Shown one piece after another: positions 46,297 to 56,209 of a stretch of DNA of 64,000 nt (its first letter is position 1; every line of letters starts with the position of its first letter). The notes under the pieces are model-generated. The model did not search any database, had not been told where the DNA came from, and saw only the letters and a list, made by a program, of their open reading frames with translations. Location of the stretch: assembly GCA_046727175.1 (NCBI GenBank), contig JBKPCD010000158.1, positions 2,910-66,909 of the forward strand, given 5' to 3'. Origin of the DNA: Acidobacteriota bacterium (GTDB lineage: Bacteria > Acidobacteriota > Vicinamibacteria > Vicinamibacterales > 2-12-FULL-66-21). The translations under genes and the position numbers were made by a program.

Positions 46297-49023
46297 ATGC
46301 CGCTCAGTGCAGGATCACGTATCGGTCCGTACGAGATCGTCGGCTCTCTCGGCGCCGGCGGAATGGGTGAGGTGTATCGGGCCCGCGATACGAAGCTCGA
46401 TCGCGACGTCGCGATCAAAATCCTGCCCGAGCTCTTCGCGAACGACCCCGAACGCCTGGCGCGGTTTCAACGCGAGGCGAAGACGCTCGCCTCGCTCAAT
46501 CATCCCAACATTGCGCAGATCCACGGCATCGAAGACTCCGGATCCACCCAGGCGCTCGTCATGGAAATCGTCGAAGGCGAGGACCTTGCCGCGCGCCTCA
46601 CCAGTGGTCCCTTGTCGACGGCCGACACGGTCCTCATCTCGAAGCAGGTCGCCGAGGCGCTCGACGCGGCGCACGAGCGCGGGATCGTTCATCGCGATCT
46701 CAAGCCGGCGAATATCAGGGTCACGGACGACGGGACCGTGAAGGTGCTGGATTTCGGGCTGGCGAAGGCAATGGATGCCGGCGGCCAATCGGCGGCCGAT
46801 GCGATGAATTCGCCGACGTTCGCGTCACCCAGGACGGAGCTGGGTGTCATCCTGGGCACCGCCGCGTACATGGCTCCTGAACAAGCCACAGGCAAAGCCG
46901 TCGACAAGCGCGCCGACATCTGGGCATTCGGGTGTGTGCTCTACGAGCTGCTCACGGGCCGCTCTCCCTTCGCGTCGGATTCAGCCGCCGAGAGCATTGG
47001 GATGGTTGTCACGCGCGATCCAGACTGGAGCGCGCTGCCCTCGTCACTTCCGCCAACCGTGCGGCAGCTGATTCGCCGTTGCCTCACCAAGGATCCGATG
47101 CAGCGGCTGCGCGACATCGGCGAAGCACGGATCGCCCTGTCGCAGCCGCTGGTGGAACCGACGACCAAACCGCCGGATGCAGCAACGCCTCACAGCCAGC
47201 GAACCCGCGTGCGGCGCGCAGTCGCGTGGACGGCGGCCGCGTTGGCGCTCGCGATGATCGGTGCCGCAGCGACGTGGTCGTCCTCGCGCGGCACTCGGCC
47301 GGATGCCCCCATCCTCAGTCTGGGGATAGACGCGGGAGGAGATACGCCCCTGGCCGGCGTCGGCTGGGCCGGACTGCACTGGGTGGGTCCCACGGCCGTT
47401 CTTTCGCCGGATGGCCGACTGCTCGTGTTCATTGCGCGCGGGCCGTCCGGAGGGCGTTGGCAGCTCTACACCCGGCGTCTCGATGCGCTGAAGGCGACCG
47501 CGCTTGCGGGCACGGAAGACGCCTTCGCGCCGTTCTTCTCACCCGACGGACGTTCCATCGCCTTCTTCTCCACCGGCCGGTTGATGAAGGTCGCGCTGGA
47601 CGGCGGCGCCGTCACCACGATCTGCCCCGCCGAGGAAGGACGCGGCGGCGCGTGGGCGGAAGACGGCACCATTCTGTTCGCGCCGCGGCCGGATGGTCCC
47701 TTGTTCCGCGTGTCATCGGACGGAGGCACTCCCACGCAAGCGACGACGCTCGACACGGCGTCGAAGGAGACCACGCACAGGTGGCCGCAGGTTCTGCCGG
47801 GCGGGAAGGCATTTCTGTTCACGGCGCACAGCGGACCGAGCGCGTCTGACGCTGGGACCATCGTGGGCCAGTGGACAAGTGACGGGAAGCGGACGATTCT
47901 TCATCGCGGAGGGCTCTACGGACGCTACGCGCCGAGCGGACACCTGCTCTATCTGCACCAGGGCTCGCTGTTCGCGGCGCAATTCGACGTCGAACGGCTG
48001 CAGGTCACTGGCACACCGGCCGCCGTCGTCGCCGAGGTGGAACACGCAGTGGTGAACGGAGGCGCGCAATTTTCCTTCTCGAACACCGGTCTGCTCGCGT
48101 ATCGGCGCGCACGCAGCGCGAATCGCCATCTGCAATGGATGGACGTGGCCGGACAGCTTCAGCCGATGCGGAACGTCACCGCCGAGTACCAGGAGGCGCG
48201 ATTCTCCGACGATGGCACCCGGCTGCTGCTGGTGGTGAGCGATGGCGCACAATCCGACGTTTGGGTCTATGACATCCGGCGCGACACGATGCTGCGGCTC
48301 ACGTTTCACCCCGACAACGATTGGAGTCCCATCTGGTCGCCAGACGGCAGCCACATCGTGTACGGATCGTGGCAGGCGGACGTCGGCACGTTCAATCTCT
48401 TCATGCATCGGGCCGACGGCACGGGGCAGCCGGAGCGGCTGACATCGAGTCGCAACAGCCAGATGCCGGTCGCGTGGCACCCGAGCGGTCAGTACCTGCT
48501 CTTCTCCGAACGACGACCGGAAACGGGTGAGGACCTGATGCTGTTGCGCATGGAGCGGACGCCCACGGGCGAATGGAAACCAGGCGCCACTCGCGCGTTG
48601 CTGGGCGGCGCCTCCAGCGAACTGAACGGCAAGTTCTCGCCCGACGGCAAGTGGCTTGCCTACATCTCCGATGAATCAGGCCGTACCGAAGTGTACGTTC
48701 AGCCATTTCCCGGAGCGGGGCGCTGGCAGGTCTCCGCCGAGGGGGCCGAATGGATCGAGTGGAAGAAGAACGGCCAGCTTTTCTACGGTCGATCGGAGGA
48801 GGTCGTGATGACGGTGCCGCACCACGTCGAGGGCAACACGTTCGTCGCGGAGAAGCCTCGGATGTGGATGCGAATCCCGCCTGGAGTCATGTGGGTGGAT
48901 CCGGCCCTGGATGGCACACGGGCGGTCGCCATCCGGTCGGATGACCCGCGGCGCGAGTCGATGGTACTGCTCATCAACTTCTTCGAGCAGCTGCGGCGCA
49001 CGGCGGGTTCGACAGGGCAATGA
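46297..49023 (+). CDS. Hanks-type Ser/Thr protein kinase with TM helix and TolB/PD40 beta-propeller
   Basis: LGAGGMGEVY, VAIK, HRDLKPAN, DFGLAK and GTAAYMAPE. Repeated SPDG motifs. Confidence 0.95.
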   Translation: MPLSAGSRIGPYEIVGSLGAGGMGEVYRARDTKLDRDVAIKILPELFANDPERLARFQREAKTLASLNHPNIAQIHGIEDSGSTQALVMEIVEGEDLAARLTSGPLSTADTVLISKQVAEALDAAHERGIVHRDLKPANIRVTDDGTVKVLDFGLAKAMDAGGQSAADAMNSPTFASPRTELGVILGTAAYMAPEQATGKAVDKRADIWAFGCVLYELLTGRSPFASDSAAESIGMVVTRDPDWSALPSSLPPTVRQLIRRCLTKDPMQRLRDIGEARIALSQPLVEPTTKPPDAATPHSQRTRVRRAVAWTAAALALAMIGAAATWSSSRGTRPDAPILSLGIDAGGDTPLAGVGWAGLHWVGPTAVLSPDGRLLVFIARGPSGGRWQLYTRRLDALKATALAGTEDAFAPFFSPDGRSIAFFSTGRLMKVALDGGAVTTICPAEEGRGGAWAEDGTILFAPRPDGPLFRVSSDGGTPTQATTLDTASKETTHRWPQVLPGGKAFLFTAHSGPSASDAGTIVGQWTSDGKRTILHRGGLYGRYAPSGHLLYLHQGSLFAAQFDVERLQVTGTPAAVVAEVEHAVVNGGAQFSFSNTGLLAYRRARSANRHLQWMDVAGQLQPMRNVTAEYQEARFSDDGTRLLLVVSDGAQSDVWVYDIRRDTMLRLTFHPDNDWSPIWSPDGSHIVYGSWQADVGTFNLFMHRADGTGQPERLTSSRNSQMPVAWHPSGQYLLFSERRPETGEDLMLLRMERTPTGEWKPGATRALLGGASSELNGKFSPDGKWLAYISDESGRTEVYVQPFPGAGRWQVSAEGAEWIEWKKNGQLFYGRSEEVVMTVPHHVEGNTFVAEKPRMWMRIPPGVMWVDPALDGTRAVAIRSDDPRRESMVLLINFFEQLRRTAGSTGQ

Positions 49024-49236
49024 GCGGCGACCCTCGCGTCCGCGTGATTGCAGCGATGCTCTTCGCGGTGTCGCTGCCGCTCGCCCTCGTCGCACGGCAA
49101 TCGTAACGTTCGTGATGAAAGGGGGAGTCGTGGTGACCACGACGTCCCAGAATCCAAAACCTTAAAGGACTGAGCACGTGCTGTATGGCTGCCGCCAGCA
49201 ACGCCGGCTGACCCGATATGATCGGAGATCGATACC

Positions 49237-49797
49237 ATGACACCAGAGACCGATCGCACACGGCGGCCGTTCGTGATGGAAGAGGCGGTCGCCATCCTGA
49301 CGCGAACTCCAGCCACGCTCGACGCACTGCTCCGTGGTCTTCCTGATGGTTGGATCGGGGCACACGAAGGGGGCGAAACGTGGAGCCCCTTCGATGTCAT
49401 CGGACATTTGATCCATGGGGAGCGGACCGACTGGATGCCGCGCGCGAAGATCATTCTCGACCACGGCGAGTCGCGCGCCTTCGAGAAGTTCGATCGCTTC
49501 GCGCAGTTCGAGGCATCGAAGGGTCGAACCCTCGCCAGCCTGCTCGACGAGTTCGCGATGCTCCGTCAGGAAGGCCTCCGCGAGTTGGCGGCCCTGAAGC
49601 TGACCCAAGCCGACCTCGATCGTCGCGGGCGGCATCCGGAGCTCGGGCTCGTGACGCTGCGTCAGCTCCTGGCGACATGGACAGCGCACGACCTCGATCA
49701 CATCGTGCAGATCTCGCGAGTCCTGGCGCGCCAGTACGCCGACGAAGTCGGACCCTGGCGCGCGTACTTGCGAATTATCAGTGGAACGCAGGGCTGA
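49237..49797 (+). CDS. DinB-family protein
   Basis: WSPFDVIGHLIHGE, HPELG.VTLRQLL and HDLDH. Confidence 0.9.
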   Translation: MTPETDRTRRPFVMEEAVAILTRTPATLDALLRGLPDGWIGAHEGGETWSPFDVIGHLIHGERTDWMPRAKIILDHGESRAFEKFDRFAQFEASKGRTLASLLDEFAMLRQEGLRELAALKLTQADLDRRGRHPELGLVTLRQLLATWTAHDLDHIVQISRVLARQYADEVGPWRAYLRIISGTQG

Positions 49798-49912
49798 GTC
49801 ACGAATCCTGGTGGGCGTCACCTTCGGCTGAACGACCCTCCTGCTCGGGAACGAACTATAATCCCGGCGGTTCGCGCGGCATGATGCTGCGGACCGTTCA
49901 ACGGAGAGCCCG

Positions 49913-50323
49913 ATGACCCGTCGATCTATCGCCGTCGTGCTTCCAGGCGTCTTGATGTTCGCGATTGCGGCATCTTCCGGCGCGTCCGGCGGCGGAACTG
50001 TCACGGCTCGCGGCACAGGCGTTGCTCCGCCTGTCGTGCCGGGCGAGCGTGGCGCCGCCGCACCACAGAAGGGGCGCTACAAGAAACAGGGAGACACCTG
50101 CGTCTGGGATGCGAACGACGGCGGGCCGAACCAGTGCACACCTCTCGTCAAAGGCCGTTTCAAGAAGGGCGCGAACGACTCGTGCACATGGGATCCCGAC
50201 GACGTCGGCGATGATCAGTGCCGGCCGCCCAAGGGACGGTGGAAGAAAGGCAGCGAGAACTCGTGCGTGTGGGACGCGAACGACGGCGGTCCCGATCAGT
50301 GCAACCCGCGACAGGCGAAGTAA
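49913..50323 (+). CDS. Small secreted protein with three Cys-pair repeats
   Basis: GGAG RBS and signal peptide. Three copies of KGR(Y/F/W)KK...CxWDxxDxGxxQCxP. Confidence 0.8.
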   Translation: MTRRSIAVVLPGVLMFAIAASSGASGGGTVTARGTGVAPPVVPGERGAAAPQKGRYKKQGDTCVWDANDGGPNQCTPLVKGRFKKGANDSCTWDPDDVGDDQCRPPKGRWKKGSENSCVWDANDGGPDQCNPRQAK

Positions 50324-50347
50324 GCCTATCGATCCCGCACCTTTCGG

Positions 50348-51505
50348 TTACAGCAGCGCGAGAGCGGCGAACGCGGTGGCGAGATCCGACATGAACATGC
50401 GCCGCCACGGCTCGCCTTTGTCGCCGCCGTGCTCGCGATCGAAGTTGAGTGAGTGGGCGCGCCACGGCGCCCAGGACAGATCGCCGGGACGCTCGGTCGT
50501 TTGATGCGAGCGCAACCACTGCTGACCTCTCGCGACAGCAGCACGATCCGCGGCCACGGCGGTTTTGCGCATCACATACACGACGAGACCGGTCGCGTAT
50601 CCGTCTGACGCCGCGAGCAATGCGTCGTCCGGAGATCCCGGCGGCGCGAATGGCGCCTCTTCCCTCGTCCATCGCCACGTGCCCAGATCCGTGAGCGACC
50701 ACCCGCCATCCGGCCGCTGGTGCCGCTCGAGGTCCCGGACCACCGCGTCCCGCTCAGCGGATGTGAGAATGCCCTTGAAATGTGCCGACGCAATGAGCGC
50801 CCATGCGCGATTGAACAGTCGCTGCGACGCCGTATTAGCGCGCAAGTACGCGCGCAATCGCTCGATTCCGGCCTGTCCGCGCGCGTCGCTGCTTGCGAGC
50901 ATTCCGGCGTGCGATCCTGCGGCGATTGCCGCGACCGTGGCGCCGTAGAACACGGCGTCCGGCGCTTCGTACGGCTCGAGACCGAAATTGAGCCAGTCCC
51001 ACGCGCCGTTGTCGCGCTGCACCTCCCACAAGCGAGCCATTGCCGCGCGCGTGAGCGCGCCCGGCTCGGATGATTCCTCTTCAGGATCTCGGCTCGTCAG
51101 CACGAGCGCGTTGATCACCGCCTCCACGCCGCGCGACTCGAGTTTCTTCGCCTCCGTGTGATCGTAGTACGGCTGCTCGGTGTCCAGGTGCTCAACGCGC
51201 TGCCGCACGATCTCGAAGATTCGTTGCTCGTGAGCGGTCGGCGCCGCCGCACCCTGCGCTCGACGAAGTGCCGGCCGCACGAGGGCGTATGGCACGGCCG
51301 TGTGGCAGGACAGACACTTCGTTTCGGTATCGCCGGTCTTCAGATTCTTTGCTCGGGCCCACCACAAGTCCATTCGCGCGTCGAGGTACCGCGCGACGGA
51401 CGCCTGATCCCACGTTTCGGCGGAGCCGCTGGAGCGTTCGATTGCCCCTGTGACCAACCCTGCGGTCACTACGACGCACGCTGCGGCGAGCACCCGGCTT
51501 TGCAT
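50348..51505 (-). CDS. Exported prenyltransferase/squalene-hopene-cyclase-repeat protein with CxxCH motif
   Basis: Signal peptide, CLSCH, and QW-like motifs QRDNGAW and QRPDGGW. Confidence 0.72.
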   Translation of the reverse strand: MQSRVLAAACVVVTAGLVTGAIERSSGSAETWDQASVARYLDARMDLWWARAKNLKTGDTETKCLSCHTAVPYALVRPALRRAQGAAAPTAHEQRIFEIVRQRVEHLDTEQPYYDHTEAKKLESRGVEAVINALVLTSRDPEEESSEPGALTRAAMARLWEVQRDNGAWDWLNFGLEPYEAPDAVFYGATVAAIAAGSHAGMLASSDARGQAGIERLRAYLRANTASQRLFNRAWALIASAHFKGILTSAERDAVVRDLERHQRPDGGWSLTDLGTWRWTREEAPFAPPGSPDDALLAASDGYATGLVVYVMRKTAVAADRAAVARGQQWLRSHQTTERPGDLSWAPWRAHSLNFDREHGGDKGEPWRRMFMSDLATAFAALALL

Positions 51506-51537
51506 TGGCCGAATGTAAACACTGCGGCTGGACGGAA

Positions 51538-53979
51538 TCAAGTACGAAGACTCGCGCCGGGCACCTTCACGACGCGGAAAGTCGGAACGGCGCAGGCGAG
51601 TACCGAAACGAGAGCAACAACGACGGCAACCTGCCCGAACGTAGCGGGGTCGGTCGGCTCCAGTCGAAAGAGCATGGTGGAGAGCAGGGCCGTCACACAG
51701 ATCGCCAGGCCAAGTCCCGATATCAGACCGATGAGAATCAACCGGACACCCTGTCTCATGACGAGCCGGACGATGTTCGCCTCCGTGGCTCCGAGCGCAA
51801 GCCGGATGGCAATTTCATGCGTTCGCTGGGTGATCGAATACGCCACCACGGCATAGATGCCGGTCACAGCCAATGCGAGCGCCGCGAGAGCAAACGCAGC
51901 GATGAGCGACACGCTGAATCGCCGTGGAGCGACTGCGTCGGCCAGATAGTGATCCATCGGCCTGATCTGCGAGGCCACCACGTCAGGATCAACTCGGCGG
52001 ACCTCTCTCGCGACGCTCGTCGCGAGGCTCATGGGATCGCCGGCCGTTCGTACGATCCAGAACATGTTCGCGGCGGCCGCGCCGACGTTGTCGCGGTGGA
52101 TTTGAGGATAGGTGAGATACAGATCCCACGTGGGCTCTCCATCCAGAGCCGCCTGCTGGACGTTACCGACGACCCCGATGATTTCCACGGGCCTCGGCGG
52201 CCCGTCGTTGTCGTCCACCAGGACGCGTGCACCAATAGGCTCGAGTCCGGCGAGCCAGTGGCTGGCCAGCTCCTCGTTCACCACCGCAACCGCCCGTGTC
52301 GTTTCGGTGTCCTGCTCCGAGAAAGTGCGGCCGCGTTTCAGTGGAATGCGAGCGGCTTCGAAGTAGCCGGCGGTTACCGTGCGGAACTGCGCGACGGGCA
52401 CTCGCTCACGTTCAACGGCTCTCCCCTCCACGGTGAACGGAACGCGCGACAGGAGTCCGCACAGCGGGAGCAGCGAGATCGCGCCGGCGTTCGTGACCGT
52501 CGGCAGCGACGACAGTTGCTGGGCGACTGCCCGTTGGAAAGTGACAATCGCATCTCGGCTGTTGAACCGCTTTGCCGGCAGCGTGACGCGCGCAGAAAGA
52601 ACTCCGGTCGAGTCAAATCCGGGGGCAACCGCCAGCACGTTCGCGAAGCTCTTGGCCAGCATCGTCATCACGACGAGCAGCACGACCGCCAGCGCGACCT
52701 CGGAGCTGACGAGCGCACCGCGAACGCGCTGGCTACCGGCCGACGTCCCCCGGCTGCTGCCCTCCAGTGCAGCACGAACATCGACGCGTGCCGACAAGAG
52801 CGCGGGTATCACACCGAACAGCACGCCTGTGACCGTAGATACGGCCAGCGAAAACAGGAGAACAGCGAGATCGAGCCGGATCTCCCCGGACCGCGGCAAT
52901 TGCGTGGGCGCGAGCGCTACCAGAGCCGCGACGCCCGACCGTGCGAAGAGCACGCCAATCAGTCCTCCCGAGACGCTCACAACCAACGTTTCAATCACGA
53001 CCCGCCGAACGACTTTCGCACGCGACGATCCAAGCGCCAGCTGCACGGCGAGATCCTTCCGCCGGTTCGTCGCGCGCGTCACCATCAGGTTCGCGAGGTT
53101 TGCGCAGGCGATGAGCAGAACGGCGCCGACCGCTCCAAACACCGTCAAGAGCGCCGTCCGAAACGGGCCGACGACGCCATCGAGCGGCGCGACCATGCGG
53201 ACGCCGCGCTTTCTTGCATTCTCGACCGGGAACTGGTCCTGGAGTCGGCGTGCGATTGCCATCAATTCGCTCGCTGCCTGCTGCGGCGACACGTGCTCCG
53301 CAACCCGGCCTACGCCGATGATGAAGTTCACGGAGTTACGAGCGCTGCGTCTCGGATCCTGATCGGCGGCGAAGGGAATCACGAACTCGACGTCGCGCAC
53401 CGGCATGGCGAAGCCGGACGTGAGCACGCCCACGACCGTGTACTCCTCGCCATTGAGCCGGATTGCTCGTCCAACAATCGAGCGGTCAGCTCCAAATCGG
53501 CGCACCCAAAACGGTTCCGCGAGCACGACAACGTGCTCGCCGCCCGGCCGCTCGTCGCCAGGTTGGAGGAGCCGGCCGAACCGCGCCGCCGCGCCAAGGA
53601 CGTCGAAGAGATTGCCGGTGGCCCGAAGACCTTGCACGCGCTCGGCTGCGGCTTCGTCGCTCAGGTTGGCACTGAAACCGAAGAACCCTGCAAAGCCGGA
53701 GAGAGTCCGCGTGGAGTCGCGATAGTCGATGAAATCCGGCACGTTGAACGGCGTTCGATCGCGGCCAGGCTGATCGGACCAGATCCAGAACACCTGCTCG
53801 ACGTCGCGATAAGGCAGCTGCCGGAGCAGGACACCATACACGACGCTGAAAATCGCCGTCGTCGCACCAACAGTCAATGCGACGGTGACGACCGCACCGC
53901 CGGTAAACGCGGGAGTCTTGCGAAGAGCGCGCAGGCCGTATCGAACGTCACGACCGAGACCCGACAGCATGCCGATCAT
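51538..53979 (-). CDS. ADOP-type ABC permease
   Basis: DVRYGLRALRKTP, ACANLANL and RTHEIAIRLALGA. ATGA overlap with the oxidoreductase stop. Confidence 0.93.
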   Translation of the reverse strand: MIGMLSGLGRDVRYGLRALRKTPAFTGGAVVTVALTVGATTAIFSVVYGVLLRQLPYRDVEQVFWIWSDQPGRDRTPFNVPDFIDYRDSTRTLSGFAGFFGFSANLSDEAAAERVQGLRATGNLFDVLGAAARFGRLLQPGDERPGGEHVVVLAEPFWVRRFGADRSIVGRAIRLNGEEYTVVGVLTSGFAMPVRDVEFVIPFAADQDPRRSARNSVNFIIGVGRVAEHVSPQQAASELMAIARRLQDQFPVENARKRGVRMVAPLDGVVGPFRTALLTVFGAVGAVLLIACANLANLMVTRATNRRKDLAVQLALGSSRAKVVRRVVIETLVVSVSGGLIGVLFARSGVAALVALAPTQLPRSGEIRLDLAVLLFSLAVSTVTGVLFGVIPALLSARVDVRAALEGSSRGTSAGSQRVRGALVSSEVALAVVLLVVMTMLAKSFANVLAVAPGFDSTGVLSARVTLPAKRFNSRDAIVTFQRAVAQQLSSLPTVTNAGAISLLPLCGLLSRVPFTVEGRAVERERVPVAQFRTVTAGYFEAARIPLKRGRTFSEQDTETTRAVAVVNEELASHWLAGLEPIGARVLVDDNDGPPRPVEIIGVVGNVQQAALDGEPTWDLYLTYPQIHRDNVGAAAANMFWIVRTAGDPMSLATSVAREVRRVDPDVVASQIRPMDHYLADAVAPRRFSVSLIAAFALAALALAVTGIYAVVAYSITQRTHEIAIRLALGATEANIVRLVMRQGVRLILIGLISGLGLAICVTALLSTMLFRLEPTDPATFGQVAVVVALVSVLACAVPTFRVVKVPGASLRT

Positions 53980-56066
53980 GATGCCTTGTCGACGCGGACC
54001 CGGTTGTCGTGATACACCGCCCCGCCGCCCATGTCGGAATCACGTTCGTCGACCGTTGCGTTGACCGTCGAATTCCCCTTCGAGTAGCACGCCCAGCGTC
54101 CCTTGGCGCTCGCGACGACGCCTGGGCGAACGCGATCGGCCACCTCCGCCATGGCGAGAAACGACCCTCGCGCGTTGCCGACGCGCACCTCGTCACCCGC
54201 CGCGATGCCTCGCGGCGCCGCGTCGTCTGGATGAATCAGGAGCGTCGGAATGCCAGCCCGTCGTTGCTGCTTTGGAACGTTCGCGAAGATCGAATTCAGG
54301 AAGTAGTGATTGGCAGGCGTGATCAGCGCGAGCGGATACTCGCGAGCGAGTGTCGTGTCGTGCTGCGTTGTCTCGTGAGAGGACGTATAACCCGCGATTG
54401 GATCCAGTCCAGCCTGGGCCATCCGATCGGACACGAATTCCAGCTTGCCGGAGGCCGTGGGAAACGCAGTCGCGAACGGCACGAACGGATCTGGATAGTT
54501 CAATCGAACCGAGCCGCGCGCTTTCAGGGCTTCCAGCGTGAGGCCGCTCAGTGACGGGTGTCCGCTGTCGAGAATCTGACGCGCAATCGCCTCATCGCTA
54601 TCGTACAGCGACGGCTCATCGAGCCCCATCTTTCGTGCGAGGCGCCGAAAGATCTCCGTCGTGGCGAGGCACTCGCCTGGAGGCGGCACGGCAGGCTCGT
54701 TCCAGGCCAGATAAAGATGTCCGTACGCGATCAGCAGATCGCCATGCTCGATCTGCATCGTCGCCGGCAGCACGATGTCCGCGTAGCGCGCCGTGTCGGT
54801 CAGAAAGTGCTCGACGACGACGGTGAAGAGGTCCTCGCGCGTGAGGCCGCGAAGGACCTTCGTCTGATGCGGAATGCTGACGACGGGATTGCTGGCGTAG
54901 ACGAACAGCGCCTTGACTGGTGGAGCGTCGAGATCGATCAGTCCTTCGCCGAGCCGCGACATGTGCAGGATGCGCGTTTGTCGCTTCTGGAGATCATCGC
55001 GCCACAGTCCGGCCCAGTTCAGACCAAAGAAGCCGCGCGTATCGTAGTGAACGCCGCCGCCCGGGTAACGCCAGTCACCGGTGACGCCGGGGATACAGGT
55101 GATCGTCCGCACGGCCATGCCGCCGCCGCCATGGCGTTGAATGCCAATGCCGATTCGGATGCCGGTCGGACGCGTCTCGGCCAGCCGTTTGCCCAGCTCG
55201 ACGACGGATTCAGTCGGCAGTCCACTGATCGCAGAAACGCGCGACGGCGGGAACTCGAGGATTCGGTCGCGAAACGCATCCCACCCGGTGGTGCTCCTCT
55301 CGATGAATTCGCGATCCTCGCGATGTTCGGTCAACACGACGTTCAGCAAGCCGAGCGCAAGCGCAGCGTCGGTCCCGGGTATCGGCGCCAGGTGCCAGTC
55401 GCTCGCTGCTGCGGTCCTCGTCCGAATGGGATCGATGGCAACGATGACCGCGCCGTTCCTGCGCGCCTCGAGGATCGGACGCCACAGATGCGGATGTGTC
55501 GACAGCACGTTCGCGCCCCAGAGTACGACGAGCCTCGAGAATCGGAACGTTTCCGGGTCCATGCCGACGCGGTTGTCGCCGAGCGTATACCCGGTGCCGA
55601 ATCCACCGGCAATCGTACACATTGTCTGCAGATGACGCGACGCGCCGAGCACGTTCCAGAACCGGCGTCCCGCGCCGTACGCCCCCTGAATCAGGCCCAT
55701 GCTTCCAGACCCGAGAAATGGCCAGATTGCCTCAGCGCCGTATGTCTCGACGACTTCGCGGAACCGCACCGCGATGGTCTCGAAGGCTTCATCCCACGAG
55801 ATGCGGATGAAGCTGGCCGAGCCCTTTCGACCAACGCGGCGCATCGGATACAAAAGCCGATCGGGGGAACGCGCGTAGTTCAGGTAGTCCGCGACTTTGT
55901 TGCACAGCGATCCGCGCGTGTACGGGTGCTGAGGATCGCCGCGAAGCGCGACCGCTTCGTCTCCTTTCACGGTCACAATCCAACTACACGTGTCAGGACA
56001 ATCGAGCGGGCAGGCCCCGCGGACCCGGCGGACGTTGGTGAATGTCTCGAGCCGAGGATGGTTCAT
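53976..56066 (-). CDS. Molybdopterin-dependent oxidoreductase (DMSO-reductase superfamily, cytoplasmic)
   Basis: CPLDCPDTC..LCNK Fe-S motif, RLLYPMRR, WGAN, TDTARYADIVLPA and C-terminal HPDDA..RGI. No Tat signal. Confidence 0.93.
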   Translation of the reverse strand: MNHPRLETFTNVRRVRGACPLDCPDTCSWIVTVKGDEAVALRGDPQHPYTRGSLCNKVADYLNYARSPDRLLYPMRRVGRKGSASFIRISWDEAFETIAVRFREVVETYGAEAIWPFLGSGSMGLIQGAYGAGRRFWNVLGASRHLQTMCTIAGGFGTGYTLGDNRVGMDPETFRFSRLVVLWGANVLSTHPHLWRPILEARRNGAVIVAIDPIRTRTAAASDWHLAPIPGTDAALALGLLNVVLTEHREDREFIERSTTGWDAFRDRILEFPPSRVSAISGLPTESVVELGKRLAETRPTGIRIGIGIQRHGGGGMAVRTITCIPGVTGDWRYPGGGVHYDTRGFFGLNWAGLWRDDLQKRQTRILHMSRLGEGLIDLDAPPVKALFVYASNPVVSIPHQTKVLRGLTREDLFTVVVEHFLTDTARYADIVLPATMQIEHGDLLIAYGHLYLAWNEPAVPPPGECLATTEIFRRLARKMGLDEPSLYDSDEAIARQILDSGHPSLSGLTLEALKARGSVRLNYPDPFVPFATAFPTASGKLEFVSDRMAQAGLDPIAGYTSSHETTQHDTTLAREYPLALITPANHYFLNSIFANVPKQQRRAGIPTLLIHPDDAAPRGIAAGDEVRVGNARGSFLAMAEVADRVRPGVVASAKGRWACYSKGNSTVNATVDERDSDMGGGAVYHDNRVRVDKAS

Positions 56067-56209
56067 GTTCTTCCGACCCCGACTCGCATCCTATCGAAGC
56101 CGGACACGTCCATTGCCGACAGAGATCCGTCGAAATCCGCCATCCGCCTCCCATCGAGACGAGTCACGGTTGCGAATCGCGTCGAGCCGGCGACATAGTG
56201 TGTGGACTG

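Noticed and set aside
51505-56198. 835-aa and 546-aa plus-strand ORFs
   Set aside because: Antisense shadows of the ADOP and molybdopterin oxidoreductase genes.
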